NCBI GenBank assembly: GCA_030704615.1
Contig: CM060734.1
Span: forward strand, 8,060,001 to 8,124,000
From: Takakia lepidozioides
Lineage: Eukaryota; Plantae; Bryophyta
DNA length: 64,000 nt
Direction: 5' to 3'
Below are positions 1 through 12,431 of the stretch, one piece after another (positions within the stretch are counted from its first letter, which is position 1; each line of letters starts with the position of its first letter). The notes beneath the pieces are model-generated. The model saw nothing but the letters and a program-made list of their open reading frames with translations, was not told the origin of the DNA and made no database searches. The translations under genes and the position numbers were made by a program.

Positions 1-157
1 CTTATGGTGCAGATTAAGATGCAAACACAGGAGATTAAACCGTGCATGGGTTTTGGAGCTACATTTGAGCCTCCAGAGGTGCAAATGTGACTTCCCCACA
101 CTGACCATGTGGAGGGGCAATGTTATTGTAAGAAGCTTACCACAGATTCTTTGCAGG

Positions 158-3100
158 TTACATGCCCACTATGGACTTCAAGAAACCTGACAAATTGCTC
201 CAAGCTGACCGGATAAATGGATTAACTTGCTGAATGAGGACTAGCCAAATTCTGTTATACCAACAACATCTGATATCAAAACCTCTCATATGTAGGTCAG
301 TGCAAGTGCTGAGCGGTTGGATATAGTTTCCTGGGATTTTGGAGTGGGTATTGCAGTCACCTAGACTGCATACATGCACTGCCAGATCAGAACTCGTAGT
401 CCTGCAGGAACAGGGCACTCTGCAGGGTAGATACTTAAAGGGTCTGACTCCCCACGCTTGAACACAAAATGAATGCAATTGCACCTTCCCAAAAAACATT
501 GGTCTTGGAAAGCTGTATGCAAATCTAAAAACCTGTGCCAGAACGATCCAAACTTGGATCATGACAGTTCTCTAGTACCTGGAACGAATAAGACCATCAC
601 GACATTGTTGAGGAAAGGGAATTGATTTTGAGCTTTGCCGAACACATCACAAAGCGATTAAGGTGATGGCACTCACTGCCCCTTGCGACACCATTACGTC
701 AACTTCATAAACACCACTCAGAATCCAAGCTTCAGAGCTGGAAGAGTGGATTCCAACTTTGAGCCATCAAACGCTTTAATATAACCATGTGGCTTGCCAT
801 CAGTAAGGAACTCACTAAATCCAAGGAAAGGCATTCTACCTGCTTAAGAGGAAAGATGATGTTCCAGCAGGGAGGGTGCCAGAGTGGAACCCCATCCAAA
901 GCAGTTTACCGGCTACTCTCATAAACAACCACCCACGTACATAGAATCCTTTAATAGAGCCACAGGGCTTGTCATTATGCGTGGAGCTCACTAAATGCAA
1001 GGAAAAGAGTTCTACCTGTTTGACATTTTTGAAAGAGATCTTGTGATTGGAGGAGACGATTCCAGAGCTTCTGCAGGCTGGTCTAACCCACTACCAAAAT
1101 CAAATGATTCGTGCACCCCGCTTCCTCGGATTGCTACTGGTGAGATATGACCAGTTGATCCCATATCACCAGTGGGAGCTAGATATGCTCCTCTCTCTCT
1201 CTACAAAAAAGCACCATTTCATTTCATTTCTCTCTACAAAAAGAAAGGAACAATGCTCAAAGTCAAACTCATGGGTCGCACATCCTGACATGTTGATCAA
1301 AGGGTGACACAAACATTTGACAAGGTGGCTTATTATGGTTGTCAACAATTTCAGGCTTCTGGAAAAGATGACAACGCTACTGACAAAGCATATCTGCCAT
1401 GCCGTAAGTGTAATCTTGCCATTGTATACACTGCAGCTTTCAACCCATTTCAATCCACCTCATGAATGCATCAAGCAGCACCAGCAGATTAGATGTGAGG
1501 TTCCAGGGTACTGCCTTATGTTGATCCCCTAAAACATGTGGAAGTCAGGAGTGAAAATCCAGTACAACCAAAACAAGTGGTTATCTGCTGGGCTCCAACT
1601 TCGGTGGGTCATTCCATAGACCCCTCCTAACCAAGCAGCCAGTCCACGTGACTACAGGCTTTCAGCATTAATTCATTCAAGTTGAACTACAGAGGCCCAC
1701 TCTCCCTGCTGCCTAACTTTGTGCAGCGAGAGGGGGAGGGTAGAAGGAGGAAAGGAGAGAAGGCAGATGCTGCTCACTGTTGGCAAATCCAAGAGCAGCT
1801 TCCTACCTAAAGTAGTCAATACAGGCTGTATACCTCATCATGCACAGACCAAGGCTGCTCCAGGCTCCCAAAAGGTCCATTCAACGCATTGAGCTCTGTT
1901 GCACCGCAACCCCTGTTATCTGCATCTGCAGCATGCACATACATTCGAGTGAGAACTGGAAAGACAATTACAAGCACCTTATTCAGGCAACTTAGGCTGT
2001 TAGTCATGACTTCTTGCAGTTGCTAAGCAAGACAAGAACTGTGCAGAATTGACCACACTTTTGATGCCTGATACGCAGGTCACAGAATTTCCCAGCTTGA
2101 AATGGTACCGAACTAGCTCAGTTCTTGCACTGCTGCATGAAGACAGGAAAGAAGTGCAGGATTCACCACAACACACTGATAAAAGTGGTATTACCATGTC
2201 CATCAACGTTCGTGCTTGCACTTCCAATATCCCAAGTATCATCAGTGACTCCATAGGCAAGAAGCTATTGTCAGGAGACCTTGTGAGGTGTTCAAAGCAG
2301 TTACCACTAGGGCCTTCTTGAGAGCTTCCAGAGAACCAGCTCTGTCCACCATCACTGAAATCCTCATCGGACAAAAGTTGAGTCTCGAAACAAGAACATT
2401 TCATCTTCTTCCAGGTCTAATTTGTCAAGGATCACTCCCACAGGCCTTGCATTTTTCTTTTGCAAGGATCCTCATGGGTCTGCGAAGTCACTTGCATTGT
2501 TGTTTGTGGTGGGGATTCAGAACCAAGGCCAAGGCCTAATGCATTTCTACTCCGCAACATGATTGTATCCATATCCTCATCAACTTGCCCAGGATGATCA
2601 GACACAGAAGCAAGGCTGGCACTCTCTGCCAAGCAAGGAGGGTTATGATTCTGGCCTATTGCATCCTCCAACTCTTCGGCTTTACTGAAAAGGGACAACC
2701 CTTCAAACACACTTTCACTAAAGGGCATATCATCTGATGCAACTATCCCACCCGCAAGGGGGGCTTTCAGAGGGGGAGTCCATGTACCGAGACTGCTGAT
2801 ACTCCTTAACTCTACTGCTGTCTATGTGGGAGTCCCTGCGTGGGTTTTTGAGGGGCCCCGACGCTGGCACCTCACGTTTCCAGTTAGATTCTTCACCTTT
2901 CGCCATTTCATAGAGCCCAGATTGTCAGCATCAATTAGAGTATCACTGCATTCAGCTTCTATGCCCTCAAATTCAACCCTTGTTGGAGCCAGTGGCTCAG
3001 ATTGATGACATTCCTCCAGTGCCTTCACCAGTGAATTAATTGCATCTGCTCTTAGTTTTGCAGCATCTAGTTCCTGAGTGGAAAACTTCATTGAGAATGT

Positions 3101-3400
3101 GTGGTACCCTGCTATGTTCAGCTCAAGAACTGGTCTGTTCTCCCACTCAGGACTGTGACCTCTGGGTTCCAAATACCTGGACCGGTTAGGTTGGTCACAT
3201 ATATGTTTGACAGGTGTTCCACTCAACCTTGTAAGGTATGGACCTGAGCCTCCACAGAAATTCTTTACAGCGCAAGATGACCTCAATCAGAGTGAAGCTT
3301 AACCCCTTCCACCCATCTTTGACGTCAATTTCATGAGCAGATTTTAATCTCTGAAAGGCCAGGACCACTGCATGACCTTGCGGTGCCGCAGAGCATCCAG
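158..3400 (-). pseudogene. Possible degraded coding region of unknown identity (broken Ser/Glu-rich ORFs)
   Basis: Successive minus-strand ORF pieces (2822-3286, 2432-2728, 2000-2404) with protein-like composition. Internal ~40-bp direct repeat (GGAACTCACTAAATCCAAGGAAAGGCATTCTACCTG at ~807 and a variant at ~983). No recognisable domain. Confidence 0.2.
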
Positions 3401-4299
3401 TGGGAGCCCTGCTCGAGAATAATCCAGGAAAACTGGCCAGATAAGCAGTCTAGTTGGTTGGACACTCTTTGGTACGACAAGTACACCGAGAAATCCGATC
3501 GGGCTTTATGCCATTTGTTTACTGGCTAACGCAAAGATGAATAAAAATGAACATAAGACTGACCATTGAAATGGGGATCTGACAATGAAGAGGAGTCGTT
3601 TTAATGTCACTGAACGACGTGGAGAAGTACGTCTTTCGCCGAGTATTTGCAGTATCAGTAACCCTGCAAATGTGCTACCCAGAGTGTATTGGAGAATGTA
3701 CCAGAAAGAAGAAACTATTGAGTAGAAGTGTGAGAGGGTTAAACTACTGTACAAAAAGATTGGAGAAAAAATGTAGTGTTTTCATAAGGAATTCTTAATC
3801 ACCCAACGATGCATTGAAGATGTCTAACATGCCAGACGGCCTCAACCAAAACCTTCCAGCTCAGTCAACTGTCACAAAATGGCAACATACTAGCCTTAGT
3901 GATATTTTTAACATGCGATAGCTTGAGACAAAAGGGAAAACCAACTCCAGCTTCAATGCAATATGGTAGCAACGAATATGCACAGTTTTACAAGCAACAA
4001 ATGGAGTCTCAAAGAAGCAATTAGGTCTTCAGATGGAATCGGAGGATGCTAGGAAGTAGGAATACAGAAACCCCCAAAGTCCTACTCCTTCCACCTTCAA
4101 TTACTTCTATTCTTGCTGGTGCATTTAGCAAGCAGAAGCAAATGCTACCTGAGCTCCAGAGAAAGATGTTGGCCCTTAGGCACAAACAGCTGTAGCACCA
4201 AGAAGGGCTGTAACCTGTTCCAGGATAGCATCCTTGTCATATTAACTTGCAGAGCTTCCTAAGCGGATGGGGCCGCAAGGAAACAAAACCCATCACCTA

Positions 4300-5020
4300 G
4301 CCCAAGTTAAGTCGATACCAACACAATCTTAACCCTTAAGTTCCTAAGCCCGTTTTGGACTTTTACCAATATGGAGCAACAAATCCCTCATAAGGTATAA
4401 TCCTCTCCAGCAAAAATATGTTGGTTGATTGGGCATGGAGAGTAAGGCATCCTCGATGGTACCTGAAATAAACATAGAGCATCTAAATGACTTCTGAATG
4501 ATGATATTATGAGCTAGGCCCTGGTAAGACAGCCTGCTAGAGTATATGTACTGTACACCTTATACATGATCCGGTCAATGCACATTACTCTTGTTAGCTG
4601 GTCTCCTGTAGCCGATGCCTTATGTCAGTTTTAGATACCTTATGATACGAGTGACTTCCGTGTCCTTGGCTCAAGTGCTTCCATGTTTCTCCTGGTTATG
4701 GCTTTGCTCTTTGTAGCACCAAAAAAAGTACCCAATCTTACTATGTTGCTGGAAGATGGCTTGTTTGAATCAGGGGCAGTAGACTACTGCCAGTGGCCGA
4801 AGAACACAAGTTCTTATTCATACCTTTGGGTAAATTGGTTCTAACCAAAAAGTTGGCTGATATGGTGGGAAGATGTGCAGTAGTCTGCTGCCATTGGTTG
4901 AAGAACACCTGTAATTTCTGAACTCTTGCCAAGTTTGAATTACGTTGTGCCAATGTTCACTCGTAATCTGAGAGCAGAGAGAATGCAGGCCTTTTATCCA
5001 TTTGGTATTCAAGTCCAAGG
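4300..5020 (-). mobile_element. Highly degraded LINE reverse-transcriptase remnant
   Basis: Minus-strand pieces KWIKGLHSLCSQITS / FRNYRCSSTNGSRLLHIF / IIRYL / RLSYQG / KVQNGLRN occur in the same order as LINE RT motifs of the better-preserved copy at 57-58 kb. Many stops and frameshifts. Confidence 0.35.
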
Positions 5021-5061
5021 ATAGAACTACATTGTAGAGGGAGAGCCTTATGAGAATGGGT

Positions 5062-5129
5062 CTGGTATGCGCACTCCCTTACGGGGTGAGTGCATACCAA
5101 ACTCACTCCATAAGGGACTGCCATACCAG
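5062..5129. repeat. Imperfect ~30-bp inverted repeat with a nested alternative hairpin
   Basis: CTGGTATGCGCACTCCCTTACGGGGTGAGT pairs with ACTCACTCCATAAGGGACTGCCATACCAG. Followed by clustered GGATGTA/TACATCC motifs at 5255-5325. Confidence 0.6.
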
Positions 5130-6089
5130 GGGTTGGATGGTGGGTGCCCCCCCTCTCCCTCTCTCCAATTATCTGTTTGGGATTAACAATTTTTTTCCTA
5201 AGCCTATCTGGTTTGGAAATTTATTGTCTTGAACTTTACCACCGAGGATGTAGCCTGCAATTTTTCATCCATTACATCCTTCCTCGATGTAACCATAACG
5301 GATGTAAGCCTAAGAGGATGTAACCTTAATGAAAGTGCAAAATTTCATTCCCAGTGGATGAAATCGCGGGATGGTTTGCCTAACCGTCTCTCTGCCCTAA
5401 GCACAGCACGATACTCGTGCTTGTTTTCTCTGGTGGAGGGCGATGGCGGCTGAGTGCTCGAGCAGCACGATCTGCGCGCGCTTTGTTTTTTTAATGCGCG
5501 ATGGCGGCAGGTACTTCCATTTCCCATGCTGGCAAACGACCTACTGCTGTGTTTGCCTGCAATCTTTCGCATTCATGAAGCAGCGGCGCTCTTAAGGAGA
5601 CGGAGGAAGTTAAGTTGCACTTTGTAAAGATGCAATTTTCCTCGAGTCTCCCATTTTGTTGCATTCTATTGTGATCTCTTGAGATTCAGATGTTGAACGC
5701 CGCAGCGTCCCACTCCACAAACGATTAAGGTTCTTAGTGGTGTCGCATCTTTGTTCTTCTTTTGATCAATTTGCTCACTGTAGAATGCATGTTGGACATG
5801 GATAGCAACCGTGAAGACCTGCTACTCACTTGGTGCATCCTCACTAACACCCATCTTGATGTGGTGGTTTTGGGGACGGGCACAGGTGAGGGCCTTCACT
5901 TAATATGTATCTTTTAGTTTGCAGATGATCAAAAGACTTGGCGATGGTGACGATTGACGCTGAATACTGCTTCAGCGGGGCATCCGATACGATTTCTTTT
6001 TGTTTTTTTATGATTGCAACCAACTGCTTCTGTTGAACAATATGGCAATGTGCTGAGCTTTATAGAATAGTTCTATTAAGACTCGGGGG

Positions 6090-7270
6090 TTTTCAACCTG
6101 ATTATAAGTCGGTTTTTCTAGCATGATACCAGTATGAACTTTGGCATCATATTGATATGGTGCTGGAGTAACATCTCCAGACCTAAAGCTATCCAGTGAT
6201 GCTTAAAACAGGCCTTCTTATGTTGTTTTAACATGGTAAGTACCAAGGAGTACTTTTTGGACATTGAGGTTAGAGTTCTAAGACTAAAACAGTCATGACT
6301 ACACTGCTCTAACTTAGAGATTACCAAGCTGCTGGCATGATGGGCTTTTCAGATTACATAACATCTGTTTTAAGGTTGCCAAACAATGCCTTTGGAACCA
6401 CCCTTTGAGCAAATTACAGGCTGTCTGGTCTGATTTATCAAGCAGGTCTTTGGAACTACGTTCTGAATTTAGAACAGAATGTCTAAGCTGTTTTGGCTCG
6501 ATGGCTTTTCAGACTACATACTGGCTGCTTTAGGTGTACCAAGCAACATCTTTGAAATTAAGCGTTGAGTTTAAAACAGGCCAAGCACCTGGCATGACGG
6601 GCTTTTTAGATTACATAACATCTGTTTTAAGGTTGCCAAGCTATGCCTTTGGAACCACCCTTTGAGTCTGAAACAGATCTGGTTTTACTGTTTTAACTTG
6701 TTTAAGGCAGATATATTCATACTGTTTTAGCTTGAAGAATACCAAGCAGATGTATTGAAGGGCTTTGCCAAATTACCACCGTCTGGTCTGAGTTATGAAG
6801 CAGGTTTTTGGAACTACTCTCTGAGTTTAAAACAAAACTGTCTAAGCTGTTTTGGCTTGATGGCTTTTCAGATTACATAATGGCTGCTTTAGGTTGGAAT
6901 TAACCATTGAGTTTAAAACAGGCCTGGTTACGCTATTATAAGTTTGAAAAGTACCAAGTAGTACTTTTGGACATACCCGGTGATTTGAAAGCAAGACCTT
7001 TGCACACTGTTTTGACTTGGAAAAATACCAAGCAGTGGGCTGGTTTGGCTTTTTCAAAATACATAATGTCTGGTTTAATTTTTCAAACTGGGCTTTTTGG
7101 AATACCCTCTGAGCTGGTGTTGTCCATAAAGTTCTGATTATGCTCAATGTAGCACTCCTGCTCTGATTGAGTTTTGGAGAGATGATGGAAATCCAGATCC
7201 AGACCATTATGCATTCATGGAACATAGACTAAATTATCAGGTTGGGCTTTTGGAATTGCAACACCTGGCA
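6090..7270. repeat. Degenerate tandem (satellite-like) repeat
   Basis: GGCTTTTCAGATTACATA-type core recurs at ~6343, 6503, 6600, 6862 and 7047. Longer blocks are duplicated (6335-6410 vs 6591-6667; 6480-6535 vs 6840-6895). Confidence 0.75.
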
Positions 7271-8239
7271 CTCGTTTTTAAAGGCTCAAGTGTTTCTGCT
7301 GATGGTATGTGCCAAGGGTGGTGTTTGTCCTGGTTTTTTGTTGTTTTTTTTAAAAAAACAAGACTCCTTCAATGATGAATGACGTCTGAATCCAGGGTGA
7401 TGGTTGTCTTGGAAATCCCACCCTCCCACCCTAACTTTTCATGTACTTCCAGGAAGATGACATGAGTTTCTATCAAGTAAGATACTGTCTATGCGAGGTG
7501 AAGTTAGATAGTGCCTCGTCATGAGGCTGATTTGTCTTTATTTGACAATGACAACACTTGTCTTGTCTGTGCCTTGACAAGACATATTTTTTGCCCAGTG
7601 TACTTAGTGGTTTCTGTACACACTATCTACCTCTCACTTGTCATTTTCCAGTCTTCTCACTTTGATGTTCTAACACCTTTAATGGCTTTTGCAGAGGTGG
7701 GTACCCAGCTGCAGTAAATTGCCCCTAGAAACCTATCAAGAATCATCCAGAGATTCCAGCCTTATAGCAGTGGGCCCAGCTCATTTATGCATGACACACC
7801 AAAAGATGAGCCAAGTCCACTGTGGAAATTGTGAGATTATAACGGTGGCCCAGACCTCAAATATCAGGTCCCAAAGAAAAAGTGAGAAAGAAATTGGTTT
7901 GACCAAATCAAAACCTAGCTTTATCCAATTTTGCTTGCCCCAAGACCCACCATTTCGTGGAGTGGCTATGACCCCACTAAATTGCAGGTCCAATTGATTT
8001 TTTCACCTATGGTTGCTATGCATGCAATTACATGGGGGTTGAAATCTCAAAATTGACAAGAGAAAATGTGCCTCCAAATGAAGCAAATTTTTTTCTACAA
8101 AATTTTTAAAAGCCAATGGTGGATGTGTGTATGTAATGCTCACACACCACAAGGTGAAGTGCTTTTTCTAAAATTGCTAATTTTCTGCCAAAAATAGCCT
8201 TTGGAGTGCAATCTGTTTTGGGCTTGTTTACCTGCCACG

Positions 8240-8524
8240 TCAGCGGTCCTCCTCCTTGAGCCGGTATGCTTCCAACTGCTGTTGTAAACTCTCCATGCGC
8301 TTCGCATGAGGCTCAACCACAACTGCATAGGCAGCTGACAGATTATTGGCTTCTTTCCAAGCTTTTTCACTCACAGAAAGTTCATTGTCCCGTACTGTGA
8401 TGGTTTGCTGCAACTCAAAGATGTACCTGTCCTTCTGGACATCAACCTGGTGGAACTGCTGAATGGTATCCTCATTGCGACAGATAGTAGCCTTCATGTC
8501 AGCAACGAGTTTCCCCTGCTTCAT
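8240..8524 (-). other. Short coiled-coil-like ORF, probably a TE-associated fragment
   Basis: 94-aa ORF rich in Q/E/K with heptad-like character. No family recognised. Confidence 0.25.
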
Positions 8525-9164
8525 TGACTCTGTCTCCGCCGTTCGATGGGGAGAGAGATTGGGGTGCAGGACGACTTATATGGAGGGGGTCACTTCTGAG
8601 ATCACTTCTTGGAGATCACTTGAGGCGATCAAGCGGAGAGCATGATCTTGGAGCACAGGGATGGAGATTACACAGAGGATGAGATACTACGAGATGATGC
8701 TTGATTCATGCAAGCTGTAGAGATGCACTGTAGAGTAGATTAGAGACACCATGGCTTCGGCCTGATATGAGTGAAGTTGTGGAATGAATGTTTGAGTAGA
8801 TGGAACATGGTAAATTGCAGAAACAATCTTATACTTAATCATAGACAGTAAGGTAACTTGCTAACATGAATGCGAGAAGGAATACAAATAGGAAGCACCC
8901 CCATGATACACTAGTTGTAGGTCATGACTGATTGTTCTGAGCGGGCTGAGTACTTAGAGATTTCCAACTCTTCTATCTTGGAGTTTCCACCTCGGATAGC
9001 TAAGGGATGGGTGAGTAAAAGCCGCTCGACAAGGTTGATCACATTCAATCCCAGGTGAACCAATTGACATCTGACATTGACAAAAGACAGTTTGTTCCTG
9101 AGGAACAGCTTCTGGCTACTTTCCTGCACGCTAAAACTTTTACAATTTAGTTTCCACTTGAGAA

Positions 9165-10566
9165 ATGCATGCCTTGCAGGCACTTGGAGAAACTCAACCA
9201 ATTTTCCAACAACAAGAGCATTGCGAAGGGGCCAGCATGGATACCATGGCTCTTATGCAGAGATACTTTTCCTGCTCTACTGGGACACATTGGATTTTAC
9301 CCAAAATCCCCAACCACCGCTATCATGATGTGCAAATCATGCTCAAGAACAATGAGCAGCTGCAACTATGGTGTACTTGGGCTCAGGCTGAGTTGGAAAA
9401 CATTGTATGGGATCATATTCATATTTCTCTAAAGGGTCATGAGACACGGAGATGGCTTGAGAACTCGAAATAGATGGGCAAGCTACCCAATTACAAAGAC
9501 GTGGAGCTCAGGTCCTACACCCAGATGGTCCGGCAAAGGGTTAAAACAGTCTTAACCAACCACAGGCCTGACATGCTAAGTACTGATGCCCTTCCATTGC
9601 AGCTCCATGTTGTCATACCAAAAGTCCGCAAAGCAAAAGCGAGGAGAAGACGAATCTGATACTTCCACATCTTCAAATGAAAGGAAAGGGGGCAGTATTG
9701 TGGAAGAAGATGCCACAGGTGAGGACAAAGTTCAGAACATGGCATGTGATGATCCTTGCCTTAATTATGGTGCCAATGATGACCTATCCCCCCTTATTGA
9801 GAAGGGAGTGCCTGTAGTGGAGGATCACACCGGCAGTGAACTTAGACAGAGTGCCCAAGACATAGGGGCAGGGGCTAAGGGCACATGAGTGGTTATTGTT
9901 GGGGCAGGGAAGAACATTGATTCAACAACAAAATTGGCCGTTGTTCGGAAGGTAAGTACTCGTGTTCCTATATTCTTGTGTTGTTCCAAGTCGATTATGC
10001 AATACCTGCAGGCCATTCATGAATTATGTGTACATGTGTGGGTTTCTATTGATTCAGAAGCCACCAAAGGAAATTGTTGCGGTGAAGATGACCAAGAAGT
10101 CCGCAAGACTTGCTGCCAGCAACGTTGATGGGAGCCGTATGGGAAGCTTCAAAGCGCCGGCTCCTGTTGTAAGTTTCCCTTCGTGGAAGTACATCCGTAT
10201 TTTGTTTGCAGGGCTATATGATGACATCTCGCGTTTTCCCTGTCCATAACTGTTTTCATGTGCATAACAAATGACAAGGGCACACATTGGTGGTGTTGGC
10301 TGTTCCAGTTTCAGGTTGGTGACAAGGTCACAATGTTTGAGCCCAATGCACCCAAACGGAAGGCAGGCGTGGGCCATATATTGGGCATGTCGACTGACTG
10401 GCAGGCTTATGTCGTTCATGCCGATTATCATGTTGTCTCGGTTGAAGCAGTACATGGGGCAGATGTTGCTCTACCATACCCCAACAATGATGTTAGGCCT
10501 CCCGTTGTGATGCTCAGTAACATTGTAGGCAGCACGGCCCTATGGTTTGCCAAGTTCCTCAACTGA
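9165..10566 (+). mobile_element. CACTA/En-Spm accessory ORF remnants (TNP1-like C-terminal domain)
   Basis: Last piece FQVGDKV...GVGHI...VVSVEAVHGADVALPYP...LSNIVGSTALW resembles the Tnp1/En/Spm-associated domain. Upstream ORF pieces are broken, with GT-AG intron-like gaps. Confidence 0.45.
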
Positions 10567-11029
10567 CCCGAACATGAGGTTGTGGGGGATCCTCAGTTTG
10601 AAGGCAATTTTGACTGAACGCCACTTCATATCGATTTCACCTTTTCTTCGTGATTTTGCGCATCAATGTAGGATTTGGGTACATTGTGGGGTTGTGATCA
10701 GCAGTGCAGACTCTGCAATACTTGCATGTTCAGACTAAACTGTATTTGGGCAATGAAGGGCGTACCCAACTTTGAAGCACCCTTGCATCTGGTCATTCTT
10801 TCTGTTGTTCTGGCCATGCTTAGTCAATTGTACATGTCATGAGCAGGTTGTTGCCGTGGTGCTTTGGAATTGTGTTTATGTATATGAGTCATATTTCATA
10901 TGGACTGTGAAACTGACAATGTGGACAATATCACGATTTGTGATATGATCATGATGCCTGTGGATTAATTGTGCATACCATGACGTCACAAATATGTGAA
11001 ATCAACCGCAGCTTGCGTGTGGCATCCTC

Positions 11030-11640
11030 CACATTTTTGTGGAATGACCTACAACATCAGCAGTAGAATATTTCACACCCACTATGGTATGCTCCACAGC
11101 TATGTGGAATGACCTACAGTATAGGCAGTAAAATACTACACACCCACTCCATGCAGATTACGCCACGTGCCGTCCTCTCCAAAATACACGTGTTGCCCAT
11201 ATCGTTGCCCACATGTCGTCAAGCCCAGGTGACAGGGTGTCGCATCATTTTTCCGTAGGTGTGGACAAGTCCACACCCTTTGTACGTTTAGGATCCACGT
11301 GGCGGTGTTTGCCAAAGAACACGTGGCCTCCAAACTTGCTGAAGCTGTGAAAACAGCCAGTGGATGGTCTCACACCGAATGGCTTTTTTCACACCCACAT
11401 GCCACGCCAGATGTCCGCTCCACATACGTGCACAATGCCTCTTCATGTCCATACACGTGTCATCCTCTCAAAAATACACGTGTTGCACACACTGTTGCCC
11501 AGATGTCGTCAAACCCTGGTGACAGGCTGTCGCATGGTTTTCCCGTAGGTGTGGACAAGTCCACACCTTTGTACATCTAGGATCCACGTTGCGGTGTTCG
11601 CCAAAGCACACGTCGCCCGTGAAAGAAGCCATGAACCCCG
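11030..11640. repeat. Direct repeats (~290-bp period) each with an internal palindrome; TE subterminal-like region
   Basis: 11174-11330 closely matches 11465-11620. Each copy contains GGTGTGGAC-AA-GTCCACACC. TGTGGAATGACCTACA occurs twice (11038, 11103). Confidence 0.8.
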
Positions 11641-11683
11641 TGAAAAAGGCCACCCGAGAGCCAGGCCGTCCACGGGGTGTCCA

Positions 11684-11908
11684 TTTGATGGGGTGCAGCG
11701 GCCAGCACACCTCACAGTGGATAACATTTTGGACACAAGGAGGCAGTCTCAGCGTGTGAGACATGATGACCGTTCGCCTTTGGCAGTGGTCAACAAGGTG
11801 GGTCAACCACGAGCAGCATTACCTACACTGCTCAGCTTCCCAGGATCGCATGCTTTCCGGGATAGTGGACCTGGCTTGTGGGATGCTCGGTTGCAGCAAT
11901 TAGTGGAG
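11684..11908 (+). pseudogene. Putative fragment of a Gypsy-borne DNA cytosine-5 methyltransferase (region preceding motif IX)
   Basis: Peptide VQRPAHLTVDNILD...RHDDRSPLAVVNKVGQPRAALPTLLSFPGSHAFRDSGPGLWDARLQQLVE matches my recollection of the methyltransferase ORF in bryophyte/charophyte Gypsy elements of this type. The diagnostic motifs I-X are not present, so the call is unverified. Confidence 0.5.
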
Positions 11909-12415
11909 GAGCTCTCTGGTGGAGAGTATGCTTCAGCCACGGTGATGCCAGCCAAGAAGGATGTCTATCGCAATTGGATGGAGAGACGTATGTGCGGTGA
12001 CTACCGGCCTGTAAATCGTCAGACCAAGTCCGATAAGTATGCCATGCCCACACCGGATGAGATCTTTGATGCCATTGGGCATGCCAAGGTCTTTAGCACT
12101 CTGGACTTGCGGTCTGGATATCACCAGTTGCCGATCAAGGAGGCGGACAAGCAGAAGACGACATTCTGGGGGATCAATGAGCACGGGAAGGATTGCCTAT
12201 ATCAGTGGCGATTCTTACCATTCGGGCTTAAGAACGCTCCTGCAGAATTCCAGAGAGTCATGGATAGGATTCTAGCAGGGGTGGACTTTGCTCGGTGCTA
12301 CATAGATGACATCATCATCTTTAGTGCTACAGTGGAGGAGCACGAGAGACACCTTCAGGTGGTGTTTGAGCGCTTGAGAGCACACGGATTGAAATTACAT
12401 CCGGGGAAGTGCAAG
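11909..12415 (+). mobile_element. Ty3/Gypsy reverse transcriptase (truncated)
   Basis: EYASATVMPAKKD, RMCGDYRPVN, FSTLDLRSGYHQ, LPFGLKNAPAEFQR, YIDD, LKLHPGKCK. RNase H is absent. Confidence 0.95.
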
Positions 12416-12431
12416 TGGACCTACAACAGGG

